A stretch of DNA of 64,000 bases from Macrostomum hystrix (Eukaryota > Animalia > Platyhelminthes), in assembly GCA_950097015.1 (NCBI GenBank), contig CATNEN010000007.1, positions 12,152,001 to 12,216,000 of the forward strand, read 5' to 3'. The first letter of the stretch is position 1, and each line of letters opens with the position of its first letter. The notes below the pieces were generated by a model. It was not told the origin of the DNA. It ran no database searches and saw only the letters and a program-made list of their open reading frames with translations. Shown here piece by piece: positions 1 to 12,930 of this stretch. A program made the translations under genes and the position numbers.

Positions 1-212
1 ATCGGATTTTGCCGTCCTGCCACTATCCGGATCCTCATTTGGGAGAGGCCAGTAGTGAGGGAGTCGCAACAGGCTTTTAATCCGGCATTGGGCCAGGTGA
101 TTAGGCCTGGCCCGGTGTATGGCGGGCGCAGTCGGTTGGTCTTCTTCGAGTTTCGCTTCTTACGCAGAGCAGGCAGAGTAGCCTTCTGTCTCTTGTTTGG
201 CGCGTCAGTCAT
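1..212 (-). other. Open basic ORF start running off the window (gene or LINE 5' end), divergent from DMAP1
   Basis: ATG at 212 opens MTDAPNKRQKATLPALRKKRNSKKTNRLRPP... with no stop before position 1. Its identity cannot be established from this fragment. Confidence 0.25.
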
Positions 213-721
213 TCTCAGCCCCTGCTAGCCTGTACATGTCCTCAGTACCCCGCCCGTATTGGTGTTTGCTTAGCCGAGTATTTAAATAAAACAAAATTGC
301 TGACCGCCCGTGCCGTGCCGCCAACCACCGTCAGCATCGGTTCTCTGGCTGATCATTTCAAACTTGCTAGAGCTGGCGGGCTTCATAAGAATTTGGGCAT
401 CCCGTATCGGCTGGAAGATCCTAGGCCCATCCTGGCTCATGGCTCAAGAGCTTGTTAAAAATCCTCTTCTGTGGATAGAGACCGGTAGTCGTTTTTATGG
501 GATATTTGGGATCTGGCGCGCTCTTTGATAGCATGCGGGCATAAAACCATGCGAAGCTGTTTCATAGGCGCTTTTACGGCCCTAGACAAGACTTTCAGCA
601 TTCTACGAGCCTATTGTAATTTATCTGTGTGGAAGTAAAATCCCACACAAGCTACACTGGATCAAATATACTCCAGTATAGGCTGACTTGCACAAGCGCA
701 CTGAGTTGCTACCCCCACCAA

Positions 722-841
722 CAGATTTATCTCAATCCCCAGCAGATTCAGTTCAATCCCAGCAGATTCAGTTCAATCCCCATCAGATTCAGTTCAATCC
801 CAGCAGATTCAGTTCAATCCCAGCAGATTCAGTTCAATCCC
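722..841 (+). repeat. 20-bp minisatellite (CAGATTCAGTTCAATCCCAG) x6, upstream of the DMAP1 ATG
   Basis: Tandem units read directly. Confidence 0.95.
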
Positions 842-891
842 CTTCAGGTACGAATCCGCTCCCTTGCAGCCAGCCATCTCTCATCGCCCCA

Positions 892-3137
892 ATGGCCTCA
901 TCCAATGACGTCAAGGACATCCTGGGCGGTCGCGACGCCGCGCCCCCTGAGTCGCCCATCACCCGTGACGTCCTGCTGTCCCGGGCGATGCCGCCGCCAT
1001 CGTCTGGTGGTCGAGGTGGCTCAACCACCAAGCCGGTAGGCCGGCAGCCGCAATTGAAGCGGCCCAAGGGCATGGCTCGCGAGCTGTGGAGCCTGATCAG
1101 CGCTGATTCGGACACCAACACGCTTGTGCCCACCGACACCGCCTACAAGCAGCCGCGGGCCCGCTTGGGTCCCGCCCGCGTCCGCCACTGGTGCTGGACG
1201 GCCTTCCGCAACCCGGCCCGCTCCGACCAGCTGGAGCTGCGGCACTGGCGCCGCGAGTGCGACCCGCCCGGAGACTACAGCTTCGCCAAGTTCAACAAGC
1301 TGCCAGACGTGCCCGACTGCACCGAGGAGCAGCTGACCGCGCACGGCCAGCCCGGCTGGACTGAGGCCGAGACCGCCCACCTGCTTGACATGCTGCGAAG
1401 GTAAGTCACGTGACTCACCAGTACACTAACTAGTTTGTCTGCATACTGTGTTCACCTGTCCCCTCTCCAGGTACCACATGCGCTTCGTGATCGTGCTGGA
1501 CCGCTGGGACTCCGAGCAATTCGGCCACCGCAGCCTGGAGGACCTGAAGGAGCGCTTCTACGGCCTGAGCCAGGCGCTGGAGGCGCAGCGGGCCGCCGCA
1601 GCCGGCAAGCCCCCACCTCGGCCGAACTTTGTCTACGACGCCGAACACGAGAGGCGGCGCCGCGAGCAGCTGGGCCTACTGCTGGCCCGCACCAAGGAGG
1701 AGGCGCTCGAGGAGGAGCGGCTGCGCCATGAGCTGGTCCGCATCGAGCAACGCCGGCAGGACCGAGAGAAGAAAACTGTGCACCTGCAGCGGCTTATCTC
1801 ACAGGTGCTGGTTCTGGTATTCTGTTGATTCAGAGTGCAAGCATTGCCGGTCTGTTCTTGGTGTCTGAAGCAGCAATGCCATAATAAGCAGAAGTCGGTG
1901 CCTATTATAATCCTAAATTAATCCGCTCACCTGGCCGTTCTCATCCCCCACCTGAATTCCAGGCTGACGCGGCCTCAGCGTCGCGACGCGCGGAGACTCC
2001 TGGCTCGCGTCGCTCCCACCCGGCCGGCGGATTCGGCAGCGGAGGCGGCGTCAGCGGCGGCGGTAGCAGCAGCATCGGCGGCGTAGCGCGCAAACGAACA
2101 GCGGCGGCACCGTCAACGCCGATGGAGACCGGCGGCCTTCGCTTCCAGGAGACCCGCCAGGCCGGCGCCTCGCTGCGCAGCGCCCGCATCCGGCTGCCGC
2201 AGCTGCTGGGCCAGAAAAAGGTGCGCACCCTGGACACTTGCCTCGAGGACCTCCGGGTGGACGCCAACCCCATCGCCACCGAGGAGGTTGCAGACGAGTT
2301 CAACCAGCTCAGATCGGATATTCTGCTCTACTCAGAGCTCAGAACCCACCTGCAGGCACTGGACTATGAGTTCCAGACGCTCAAGCACCGGTAAGTGCCT
2401 GGGTTGAGATTGAGGGCCAAGTTAGAGGGTGAAAAAGTTGCTGTTAGGGAAGTTCTCGGTGCGGAAGTGGTTGCTAGGTAAGATCCAGTTGAGGCAGTGG
2501 TTGCTTAAGAAATTTCAGGTTGCTACGGCAATTCCAGGTGAGGCAGTGGTTGCTAGGGTAATTCCAGGTGAGGCAGTGGTTGCTACGGCAATTCCAGGTG
2601 AGGCAGTGGTTGCTAGGGTAATTCCAGGTAAGGCAGGGGTTGCTACGGCAATTCCTGGTAAGGCGGTGGTTGTCAGAGAAGTTCCATGTAGGGATGGGTG
2701 TAAGAGGTAGCAAGTTCGTGGCTGTCAAGGTGTTACCACGGCAAATTTTTTCAATTCTCCCATCGCCCATGTCGCTGCCGCACCGCAGCTACGAACAGCT
2801 GTCCGGCAAGTCCTGCCCGGTGCACTGGGAGCCGTACCGTGGCCGCAACATCGGTGGCCAGGCGCCACCCGGCCCGGGCACTCGCAACAAAGGCAGCGTC
2901 GGGGCCGTCGGCAACTCCACTTCAACTACTCCGGGCGCCTCCGCGGCTGCAGGCTCAGGAGTTGCTGCGGCCAGCTCGGCGACTTCCGTTAGCTCCACCA
3001 GCCCGGTGGGTGGCCCGCCTGGCGCCGGCGGCACACCCAGCCCGACCCGGCACAAGCGGCAGGCCGCCATCGGCCAGGAGCAGATGATGAAGAAGCTGAA
3101 AACAGGCGGCATGGGCCGCTTCAACATCACCTCCTGA
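892..3137 (+). CDS. DMAP1: DNA methyltransferase 1-associated protein 1 (DMAP1/Swc4/Eaf2, NuA4/SWR1 subunit); 4 exons, ~539 aa
   Basis: Exons 892-1400, 1471-1804, 1963-2390 and 2789-3137 are joined by GT-AG introns with consistent phases (1620 nt total). Family motifs: DVKDILG, KRPKGMARELWSL, W.WTAFRNPARSD.L.LRHW, DYSFAKFNK, SANT domain (WTEAETAHLLDMLRRYHMRFVIVLDRW..RSLEDLKERFY), YDAEHERRRREQL, GASLRS, ATEEVADEFNQLRSDILL. Confidence 0.95.
2455..2690 (+). repeat. Degenerate 30-bp minisatellite in DMAP1 intron 3
   Basis: Units of GAGGCAGTGGTTGCTA(C/G)GG(C/T)AATTCCAGGT. Confidence 0.9.
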
Positions 3138-3567
3138 ACTGACTTCGCCTCTGCGTCCTGATGTACCGACTGCGCGCTTGTGCGAGTTTTCACTTTTCAG
3201 CTGTTAGAGCCTTGATGTGTACCTGGTTTTGATTGGCTGCTGCCTGTCTAGATCGCCAGCCGATCGGAGTGGGCGATATGTTATTTTTTAATAGCAGTAA
3301 CGGATGTCCGGTCTGCTTCGAGCGCATTGAACGTGTAATTTATTTGTATGGCATTTTCAAACTGCTCGATTTATCGTGCAAACAAGTACTTTGTGCTTTT
3401 ATTAATACTATTAATGACTTGAGCAGCCTTCGATCCGAAACCGATTCTGCTCTGCTCGGCTTTTCAGCATGTATGTATGAAAACATTTTGTAACTGAAAG
3501 CCCGACTTCGCCTGGAAACGAGTATTTTTTCATATGCTTCGCCTAAAGTGCGCACAGAGAAGGTGAT

Positions 3568-3637
3568 AATAAGCATATTGATAAGCATATTGATAAGCAT
3601 ATTGATAAGCATATTGATAAGCATATTGATAAGCATA
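3568..3637 (+). repeat. 12-bp repeat (ATAAGCATATTG) x~6
   Basis: Tandem units read directly. Confidence 0.9.
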
Positions 3638-3759
3638 AGGAGCCAGCAGTTGCAGTGCTCTGCCAATTTGCAGTACTCAACTTCACTGCTAATTATCTGA
3701 AACGGCCCTGCCGGCTTGGCATCGTCTCAAATAACCTTCACATAAGCTTCATTCGCTTA

Positions 3760-5346
3760 TAATACAGACCCTCCTGTCACCGAGCTCCATGGCTGCAGCT
3801 TGGCTTCACTCGCTTTGAAGGCAGACCCTCCTGTCACCGAGCTCCATGACTGCATCTTGGCTTCACTCGCTAAGAATACAGACCCTCCTGTCACCGAGCT
3901 CCATGGCTGCAGCTTGGCTTCACTCGCTTTGAAGGCAGACCCTCCTGTCACCGAGCTCCATGGCTGCAGCTTGGCTTCATTCGCTAAGAATACAGACCCT
4001 CCTGTCACTGAGCTCCATGACTGCATCTTGGCTTCACTCGCTAAGAATACAGACCCTCCTGTCACCGAGCTCCATGGCTGCAGCTTGGCTTCACTCGCTT
4101 TGAAGGCAGACCCTCCTGTCACCGAGCTCCATGGCTGCAGCTTGGCTTCACTCGCTTTGAAGGCAGACCCTCCTGTCACCGAGCTCCATGGCTGCAGCTT
4201 GGCTTCATTCGCTAATAATACAGACCGTCCTGTCACCGTGCTCCATGGCAGCAGCTTGGCTTCACTCGCTTTGAAGGCAGACCCTCCTGTCACCGAGCTC
4301 CATGGCTGCAGCTTGGCTTCACTCGCTTTGAAGGCAGACCCTCCTGTCACCGAGCTCCATAGCTGCAGCTTGGCTTCATTCGCTAATAATACAGACCCTC
4401 CTGTCACCGAGCTCCATGGCTGCAGCTTGGCTTCATTCGCTAATAATACAGACCCTCCTGTCACCGAGCTCCATGGCTGCAGCTTGGCTTCAGTCGCTTT
4501 GAAGGCAGACCCTCCTGTCACCGAGCTCCATGGCTGCAGCTTGGCTTCATTCGCTAATAATACAGACCCTCCTGTCACCGAGCTCCATAGCTGCAGCTTG
4601 GCTTCATTCGCTAATAATACAGACCCTCCTGTCACCGAGCTCCATGGCTGCAGCTTGGCTTCATTCGCTAATAATACAGACCCTCCTGTCACCGAGCTCC
4701 ATAGCTGCAGCTTGGCTTCAGTCGCTTTGAAGGCAGACCCTCCTGTCACCGAGCTCCATAGCTGCAGCTTGGCTTCATTCGCTAATAATACAGACCCTCC
4801 TGTCACCGAGCTCCATAGCTGCAGCTTGGCTTCATTCGCTAAGAATACAGACCCTCCTGTCACCGAGCTCCATAGCTGCAGCTTGGCTTCATTCGCTAAT
4901 AATACAGACCCTCCTGTCACCGAGCTCCATAGCTGCAGCTTGGCTTCATTCGCTAATAATACAGACCCTCCTGTCACCGAGCTCCATGGCTGCAGCTTGG
5001 CTTCAGTCGCTTTGAAGGCAGACCCTCCTGTCACCGAGCTCCATAGCTGCAGCTTGGCTTCATTCGCTAATAATACAGACCCTCCTGTCACCGAGCTCCA
5101 TGGCTGCAGCTTGGCTTCACTCGCTTTGAAGGCAGACCCTCCTGTCACCGAGCTCCATGACTGCATCTTGGCTTCAGTCGCTTTGAAGGCAGACCCTCCT
5201 GTCACCGAGCTCCATGGCTGCAGCTTGGCTTCAGTCGCTTTGAAGGCAGACCCTCCTGTCACCGAGCTCCATGGCTGCAGCTTGGCTTCAGTCGCTTTGA
5301 AGGCAGACCCTCCTGTCACCGAGCTCCATGGCTGCAGCTTGGCTTC
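3760..5346 (+). repeat. 57-bp minisatellite x~28 with two interspersed sub-variants
   Basis: Units of CAGACCCTCCTGTCACCGAGCTCCATGGCTGCAGCTTGGCTTCA followed by either CTCGCTTTGAAGG or TTCGCTAATAATA. Confidence 0.97.
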
Positions 5347-7304
5347 TCTATCGAGTTCCGGGGAACTGATTTCGCTGGCATTGTCTAGCCGGCTAACTCG
5401 CAGTGTTGCACTTGCAATGCTCACAGAAAGCACGGAGCTCTTTTTGAGACGGTGGTGCCGCCATGCCTTCAAATCAAATTGCCAGAGGCCGGGCACGGCC
5501 CCCGCCGCCATTGTGAGAATAATGCGATTTCTCTTGGCCTGCGAGCAAATCGGGTTACGGCTGTCTCGGCCCATTAAACCGCTGGAGGAAAGATACCAGG
5601 AGCTGTATCTCCGTTTCCGGCTGGGTGTGAGTCTCAGCGCTGCAGCCTCCGTGCCTCATCAGTCGCTTGCTGCGATCCAGTAGCGATTGTTCTTTTGTTC
5701 ACACGATGTGCGGAAATTTCCATTGTTATAGTAATCCATGCAGTTCCAGTTTGACTTACTGGCGCATTGCTAGCACTTTCTCTGTTGCTGCATTTCACTA
5801 TCGGTCACTCACACTCACTCTATCAGCAGAATGGGATCTGAAGCCTCTCTACTTTGATTTGATTTGATTGATTCATTTGCCTTTCTGCTATCCTCCGAAA
5901 AGCCGTCGGCAAGCGGCCCTCCCATGCTTAATCATCTGCGGCCCGCGCTGCCGCTCCCTGCCAAAATAAACAGCATACGGCCTTCGCAGGCAGACTAACA
6001 GGGCGTTCGTGTCTGCCGACGCCCTGGTCCTCAATCACCAAGCGCTGGAATGATTATACAACTGTATCCTTGCAGCCCGATTAAGGACCTGCAGATTCAG
6101 GATCGAAATAATACAAGAGACAGCTCTTAATTAGTCTGACTGTTGCTGCTTCGAAAACTTTAAAGCTACGAGCCAAGCACCTGACAGGGGCAGCACTTTC
6201 TTGTTCTAGCACAACTGCACGCAAGTGCATGCACTTCTCCCAAACTTAAACTGCTTTCTTGAATGGAATTATCTGTAACACATCCCTGCGATGTTATCTT
6301 TCTAAACAGTCGTTACTTCTACGAGTATTTGCCCTTCACAGAGGACTCGACGCTTGCCCCTTTAAAGAAGACCGTTTTACTGAACCTCAGTGAACACTGG
6401 ACTTACCGGATAAACGGGTGTCAAGCAAATTCCGAGTCTCAGGCAGCAGGGTGAGTGGGTGGGATATGCGCTGCCTAGTGACAGACTTGCAGCTCCGTCC
6501 AGTTGTTTGCCCAAGCCGTACACACACAAATACTGGGTGCCCTGCTGCCTGATCTCATGCCCTGGCATACCTCAATTGCGCGATGAAGGAATCATAAAAT
6601 GCATCCTGGCTGCCTAGGACTGAATCCAAACAGTCTGCTACTGCAAAAGTACATTGTCTTACATTTCCTTGCACGTAGACTCCGCTTGACTGCAACACGG
6701 TCGCCAGCCCATATTGTGCGCAGGTCGTAAATTTACCCGTCAAGTCGTCAATTTGGCAAATCAAATCGAAGCGACTTGACTCGATAGTCTGGCCAAAGCT
6801 CCCGAGTAGCTTCTGCAAACACGCGGCCTTAGCTTAATTACTCCGCCCAGACTGCACTGCACGCGATCCCACCGCCGTCTCGCAGACTGGGAGAATGCTC
6901 CCCACGCGGGCGAGAGTAGCTAAGTAGCCTTTCTCACGTTAAACTCTTTGCCTCAATCCTCTGTCCCCACTTCCCTACATTGGCATTATCCCACAGTTTG
7001 TCTCTGTGTTTGTTATCTTGCTGTCCCAACTGCTTTCGGTTCCTTTCTCAGTCTCTGTCTGGCTGAAAATCACGGCTTAGCCGTCAAAGCGTGCCTGAGC
7101 AGCAGGACTTGCCGTGCAGACTTGCAGACTCGCGTACTTTCGGAGTTACTGGAAGTCACGAAATTAATATCCCGCCAGGCCACTGATTAAATTAGCACTA
7201 CAGAGCCCCGAGCCGAATCGCATTACCGCTCAGACACACTGGGGCTGCAGCGGGGACCGCCACGAATCAGACACAGCGAGCCTGATTACCCGGGCCTCGC
7301 TGGC

Positions 7305-7491
7305 TCTGTCTGTGTGTCTGTCTCTCTGTCTCTCTGCCTGCCTGCCTGTCTGTCTGTCAGGTCTGGGTGTCTGCCTGTCTGTCACGTCTGTGTGTCTGTC
7401 TGTCTCTCTGCCTGCCTGCCTGCCTGTCTGTCTGTCAGGTCTGGGTGTCTTTCTGCCTGTCTGTCTGCCCAACTGCCTGTCTGTCTGTCAG

Positions 7492-7522
<31 letters not shown>

Positions 7523-7577
7523 AGGTCTGGGTGTCTTTCTGCCTGTCTGTCTGCCCAACTGCCTGTCTGTCTGTCAG

Positions 7578-7639
<62 letters not shown>

Positions 7640-7660
7640 GCTGGGTGTCTGTCTGTCTCC
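7305..7660 (+). repeat. (TCTG)n compound microsatellite
   Basis: TCTG/CCTG runs with GGTCTGGGTG interruptions. Confidence 0.95.
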
Positions 7661-8853
7661 CTCAGAAGCTCCGCAGTTTCTTAGTCAAAAGTATTCTCTC
7701 TCTCTGCAGCAGGAAGTCTGCGCTGGTTGGCAGGTGTGAATTTGCAGGCGGCGGTTTGGACAGAAGCTGGAATAAAGCCATCCCTGTGATTAGCGCAGCA
7801 GGTGGAAGCTTCAGCCATTCGAGCGCGCTGTTCTATTGGCAGCTGTTGGCAGCCTTCTCTTAGTCCATTATTTATTTCTTCCGCGGCAACAGATCTGGCG
7901 GCCTCTTATTGTGCCGCGCCTATATTCTACTGAAGTACCTCGTATTTTTACCTTCTGGAGGCCGTGAAAAAATCTTTATGTCGCTGAAAAACTCTTCAGT
8001 CAGGAAGAGGGACTCAATGGCCGCACGCTTTTTGGTGCCTATTTTTGGCTCATAAAAATCCTGTCTAACGCTTTTTAAGTACACTGGGTGTACTTTTTTC
8101 ACTTAACTCACTTATCTGTTCTCGATCTGACCCATTTTGACCCAATGGATTCCTAGTTGCCTCTCACTGATGACCCAGTGGCTGAATCTGACAAAACTGA
8201 CTCGTAAAATACTCAAAGTTCTCTACAGCAAGCGACATTCTCAAGTGGTTTCTACAGCAAGCATTTATTTGCAGCAAGAGTTCCTCGGACCGGGAGAGCA
8301 GCAATGTACAATTTTGGGGATCTGTGAGTCAGCTACCATAGACTGCATTGCATTCAATTAAATTAAATTGTTCCGAGTTGCTCTTTGGAAACTGCGGAAG
8401 TGCGCAGCGCAGCACGCGAGTTTCGATGACGCCCGGCCGCGAGCTTCACCAAGCGGCCACAGCAGCTGCTGAATGCGGCAGAACCAGTGTGGTTTGTCAA
8501 ACCCCCAGCCAAACCGCTTGCTTCTCACATTCCTTTCCCGCTGGCAGCGGGCAGCTGCCTGGGAGATGAGCCCGGGGTGCGGCTGCCAATTAATGATGCA
8601 TGATGCCGCCGCCTCCGCACCTAAGTGAGAACTGCTGGAAGCGACTACTGAGGATTTAGCCGCAGGAATTTTTCCCTCTTAGGTGCCTCTCTTCAGCCCC
8701 GGCCGCTGCTGCCTCTGGGCTCGTCTTTCTTTCTTTTGTTTATGAAACTCAAATCCCTCTGTCTGGCACATCCAGCCCTCCTGCCTGCCCCGTCCAGCAT
8801 CGTGTCATCGGCGGGGCCAGTTTATCGCAGTCTGCAATTTCGCAATTTCGGCC

Positions 8854-11469
8854 TCAGTCAAACTCAGTCGAGCCGCCTCGCTCTCCAGCCGCCGCGCCCG
8901 GCCTGCGCAGCGGGCGCAGCTGGATGTCCGCGGCCGGCCGGCTGGCCGAGTCGATTGCCTCGGATTCTTCGTTGTCCGGCGCGCAGGAGGAGCACTCGCG
9001 CTCCTTAGGCTGCCGCCGCCGCTGCTGCTGCTGCTCTTGCTGCTGATGGGAACGCCGACTCGTCTTGGGTTTCGGCTTGAGCGGCGCCTCGGTGCTGGCC
9101 GCCTGGCTGTGACGCCGCTGGCGCCGGCTCCACCTGTCGCAGGGCCAGCAGAGAAGGTCGCGCAGGCTCTGCCGGAACTTCTTGCCGATGACACAGTAGA
9201 GAATGAAGTTCAGGCAGGAGTTGATCAGCACAAGGAAGTTGGTGGCCACGATCACCAGCTGCATGCGCTGCTGATGCTGCTCTGAGGGCCGCACTACCGT
9301 CTCAATGATGGTGAGCAGCACGTTGGGCAGCATGAACAGGTAGAAGGACACCACAATGGCCAGCGAGACGTACGTCAGCTGGGCCTCCTTCTCCTGACGG
9401 CGCGTCACCTGCGGGATGATGAGCGGCTGCAAAATTGAGCCCGGCTGTAAAGCGGAAGACGCCGCAAAGCGATCCAACGCGTTTGCCTCTCGCACCAAGA
9501 TACCTGAGCTCGATTCCACGGCGAGACCACAACAGGTGTTTTTCAGGGTGTTGAGGTTGTCAACTGCCACATTGTGTGCAGGAAGATCAGCTTCGGTTTG
9601 AGCTTGTCATAGCAGGATCATTATAAAAGAAGGCTGAGGAAATGATTTTGCACCAATTCCAGCCGACTTAAAAGGATCACCTAGATAATTCTCACCTAGA
9701 TAATAGGAAAGGCTATTCACATCTCCAATGCTTTGGCTGGCAATCTATTTCGGGCCTAATTCAATCCGGGACAAATTTGCCGTCCGCGCTTCAATTCGAC
9801 CAATTTCGGACTCCTTCGTTAATCCCGTTTCCCAATTCGGCCTCCATGCAACCGAAATTCTGCAGCTCTGAGGGGGGAATTCAATCAGGGCAGATGAAGT
9901 TGCTGTTGCTGAAGTGCCGACAAGGAACGCGCGGCATTGATTCTTCTCGACTTCTCTGTCGCTTTTGACGCAAAAACTCGGTCTAGGGAAATGCTGGCGT
10001 GACAACTGGCTACCTTATCCATGCCTTTTTGCTTCACTGTGCGTTCTGAACTGGCATTCCTGACTTGATTTATCACAAAATAGCATCTTTACCACTGTCA
10101 TAATTCCCAACTGTCACCATCCTCAATTCCTAATCAGTCAATACCCATCAGTCAATACCCATCAGTCAATACCCATCAGTCAATACCCATCAGTCAATAC
10201 CCATCAGTCAATACCCATCAGTCAGTACCCATCAGTCAATACCCATCAGTCAATACCCATCAGTCAATACCCATCAGTCAATACCCATCAGTCAGTACCC
10301 ATCAGTCAATACCCATCAGTCAATACCCATCAGTCAGTACCCATCAGTCAATACCCATCAGTCAATACCCATCAGTCAATACCCATCAGTCAATACCCAT
10401 CAATCAATACCCATCAGTCAATACCCATCCGTCATTCTCACCTGCCACATGTTGATGCTGCGCCGCAGGGACTTGGCAATGCGGATGTTCATGAAGGTGA
10501 TGGCCGTCACTGGCACTACAAAGTAGAAGGCGGAGTACAGCACTCCTGAGTACACCAGCTCGTACAGGCCAGTTGCCGAGCCGTTGCCAGGCCGCTGCAT
10601 CCATTCAGCCGGGTGGTTGCTGGCCACCATGATCTCGCAGTCGCTGTGGTTGCCAGGCAGTGGCTGGGCCAGCTGGCAGCCGAACAGGCGGCGGGAGTTC
10701 TCCACCAGCCGCTGCTTCTTCCAGTAGGTCGCCACGTCCGACCCGATGGGGATGTCGTTGACGTTGATCTCAAAGAACTTGGGCACATTGTAGGCCGCGC
10801 TGAGCAGCAGCACCAGGCCCAGGTTGCGGTACACGGCCCGCCCCGCGGGCTTCCCGTTCGCCACCGACAGCGGCCGGCAGACGGCCTGGAAACGCTCGAA
10901 GGACACGAGCAGGGTGATGTAGATGGAGGCCAGCTGCATGGTGAAGCACACGGGCACCAGGTACTTGACCATGCCGCCACGGTTCAGATAGAAGTAGTAC
11001 ACAACGAGGCTGGGCATCTGAGGACGGGTTTGAGCACTCGAAATTCTGTCTTCGGGCTGTCTGTACGACGCCTCGATGGATCGAAAATAGATCTATTTTT
11101 TCTCTACGCCTTTCGACCTGTCTCTGTCTCTTTTTCTACCATTCTTTATGCCCTTGGTCTCCTGAGCAGTCGCCCTACCTGGTAATACTCGTAGAACACG
11201 GTGAGCACATTCATGACAAAGTTGCCCAGGATGAAGACGGCATCCACCATGCACAGCGCGGACAGGATGGTGAAGAGCGGACAGCGGCGGTGTCGGTTGG
11301 CCCGCTGCAGCACTACCACAGACAGCACGTTGCCGATGATGCCGAATACGGACAGGATGCCGGTGATGTAGAAGGCCAGCACCGACGTGGCGAACTGGAT
11401 GTTGTCGGAGGTCGGGTCCGGCGTCTGCGGTGACTCCGATCGGTTTGTTGGCGCTCTGGTGGGCTCCAT
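8854..11469 (-). CDS. Class A neuropeptide GPCR, FMRFamide-receptor-like; 3 coding exons, ~473 aa
   Basis: Exons 11469-11179, 11017-10442 and 9408-8854, all with phase-0 GT-AG introns. TM1 GIIGNVLSVVVL; TM2 LSALCMVD; TM3 SIYITLLVSFERFQAVCRPL; TM4 YNVPKFFE (typical of the FMRFaR family); TM5 YFVVPV...MNIRI; TM7 NFLVLINSCLNFILYC..GKKFR. Confidence 0.92.
10135..10428 (+). repeat. 14-bp minisatellite (CAGTCAATACCCAT) x~21 in GPCR intron 2
   Basis: Tandem units starting ~13 nt inside the donor end of the intron. Confidence 0.97.
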
Positions 11470-12478
11470 GGCCTGCTGGATCAACCATGAGGCGAATATT
11501 CAATTTGACATAAAAGAACGACATAGCGACAACGAAAAGCAACAGTATAGCAATCACATAGCAACGGCATTGCAACAACATAACAAAAGCATATAAACCG
11601 CATAGCAACCACAAAACAAGCGTATTAACACAGAATAGAAGCCTAGTACGCTCTAACACAAATTACAATTGCTCATTTGTGCACACTGGCGAGCCACACA
11701 GTAAAGAATTCACCATTAAGGATCCCTTGTGATTTCCAGCTCAGCGTTAAAGTACAAGTGAGACACTTTCGCTTCGCTGTGAACCATACAGAACCTAATA
11801 GGCTGGGCCTAATGGGGCAGTCTGGCCCGCTCGTCCTTCAGACAGCCGCACAAGAGGTACTGCTCGGCGGCAAAAATATTCCGGCCATTGTGATGAGAAT
11901 CCGATAGCACAGGTGTGAATTTTTCATGCAATTCGGACAGGCGGGCCTCCGTTTTTTTCGGATGAGACCAGAGACAGAGGAGAGGACACGGGAGAAATGA
12001 GCGATTCGTATGGGATAAAAAGTGGGTGGAGGATGGGAAAGAGTTGAGAACAAGTGAGGCGAAGCACAATGGGGAAGCTGCCTGTGGGATGCCATTTTCG
12101 CATCGCGGCCGCCGCGGATGAAATTTCAGCCCAGCAACGCCGGACCGCAAACCCCGCCCACCCCAAGATGCGTTGATGAAGTGGAAGCCGACCCTCATCA
12201 CCTGGGGGGCCCCTTGCTCCAATCAGAGCCAAAAGATATGATTTATAATGAGGCAGTTGTGCACTTTATCCTACTTGATCCTACCGTGGGATAACTTTTG
12301 CGCACCTGAGGGCTGCGGCCACCCGAAGCGCAGATCATCAATCTAGTTGCGGTCCGTGGGTCAGGGCGAAATCTGAGCTCGAGGAGCGGCGACTCGAGTT
12401 CAATCTGCTTCACCTGCTGGCCTGATTTCTACCGTGCGTCTGCCAACAAATATCCTTCTGTAGTTCGCTCACAATTCG

Positions 12479-12930
12479 GAGCCTCATATACCCAGGTGAC
12501 AGCTGATATAGAGCCTCATCTACCCAGGTGACAGCTGATATAGAGCCTCATATACCCACGTGACAGCTGATATAGAGCCTCATATACCCACGTGACAGCT
12601 GATATAGAGCCTCATCTACCCAGGTGACAGCTGATATAGAGCCTCATATACCCACGTGACAGCTGATATAGAGCCTCATCTACCCAGGTGACAGCTGATA
12701 TAGAGCCTCATCTACCCAGGTGACAGCTGATATAGAGCCTCATCTACCCAGGTGACAGCTGATATAGAGCCTCATATACCCAGGTGACAGCTGATATAGA
12801 GCCTCATCTACCCAGGTGACAGCTGATATAGAGCCTCATATACCCAGGTGACAGCTGATATAGAGCCTCATCTACCCAGGTGACAGCTGATATAGAGCCT
12901 CATCTACCCAGGTGACAGCTGATATAGAGT
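12479..12930 (+). repeat. 32-bp minisatellite x14
   Basis: Units of GAGCCTCAT(C/A)TACCCAGGTGACAGCTGATATA. Confidence 0.97.

Noticed and set aside
10404-11185. Antisense and alternative-frame ORFs over GC-rich exons (also at DMAP1, PTP and VGAT)
   Set aside because: Shadow ORFs caused by high GC3 codon usage.
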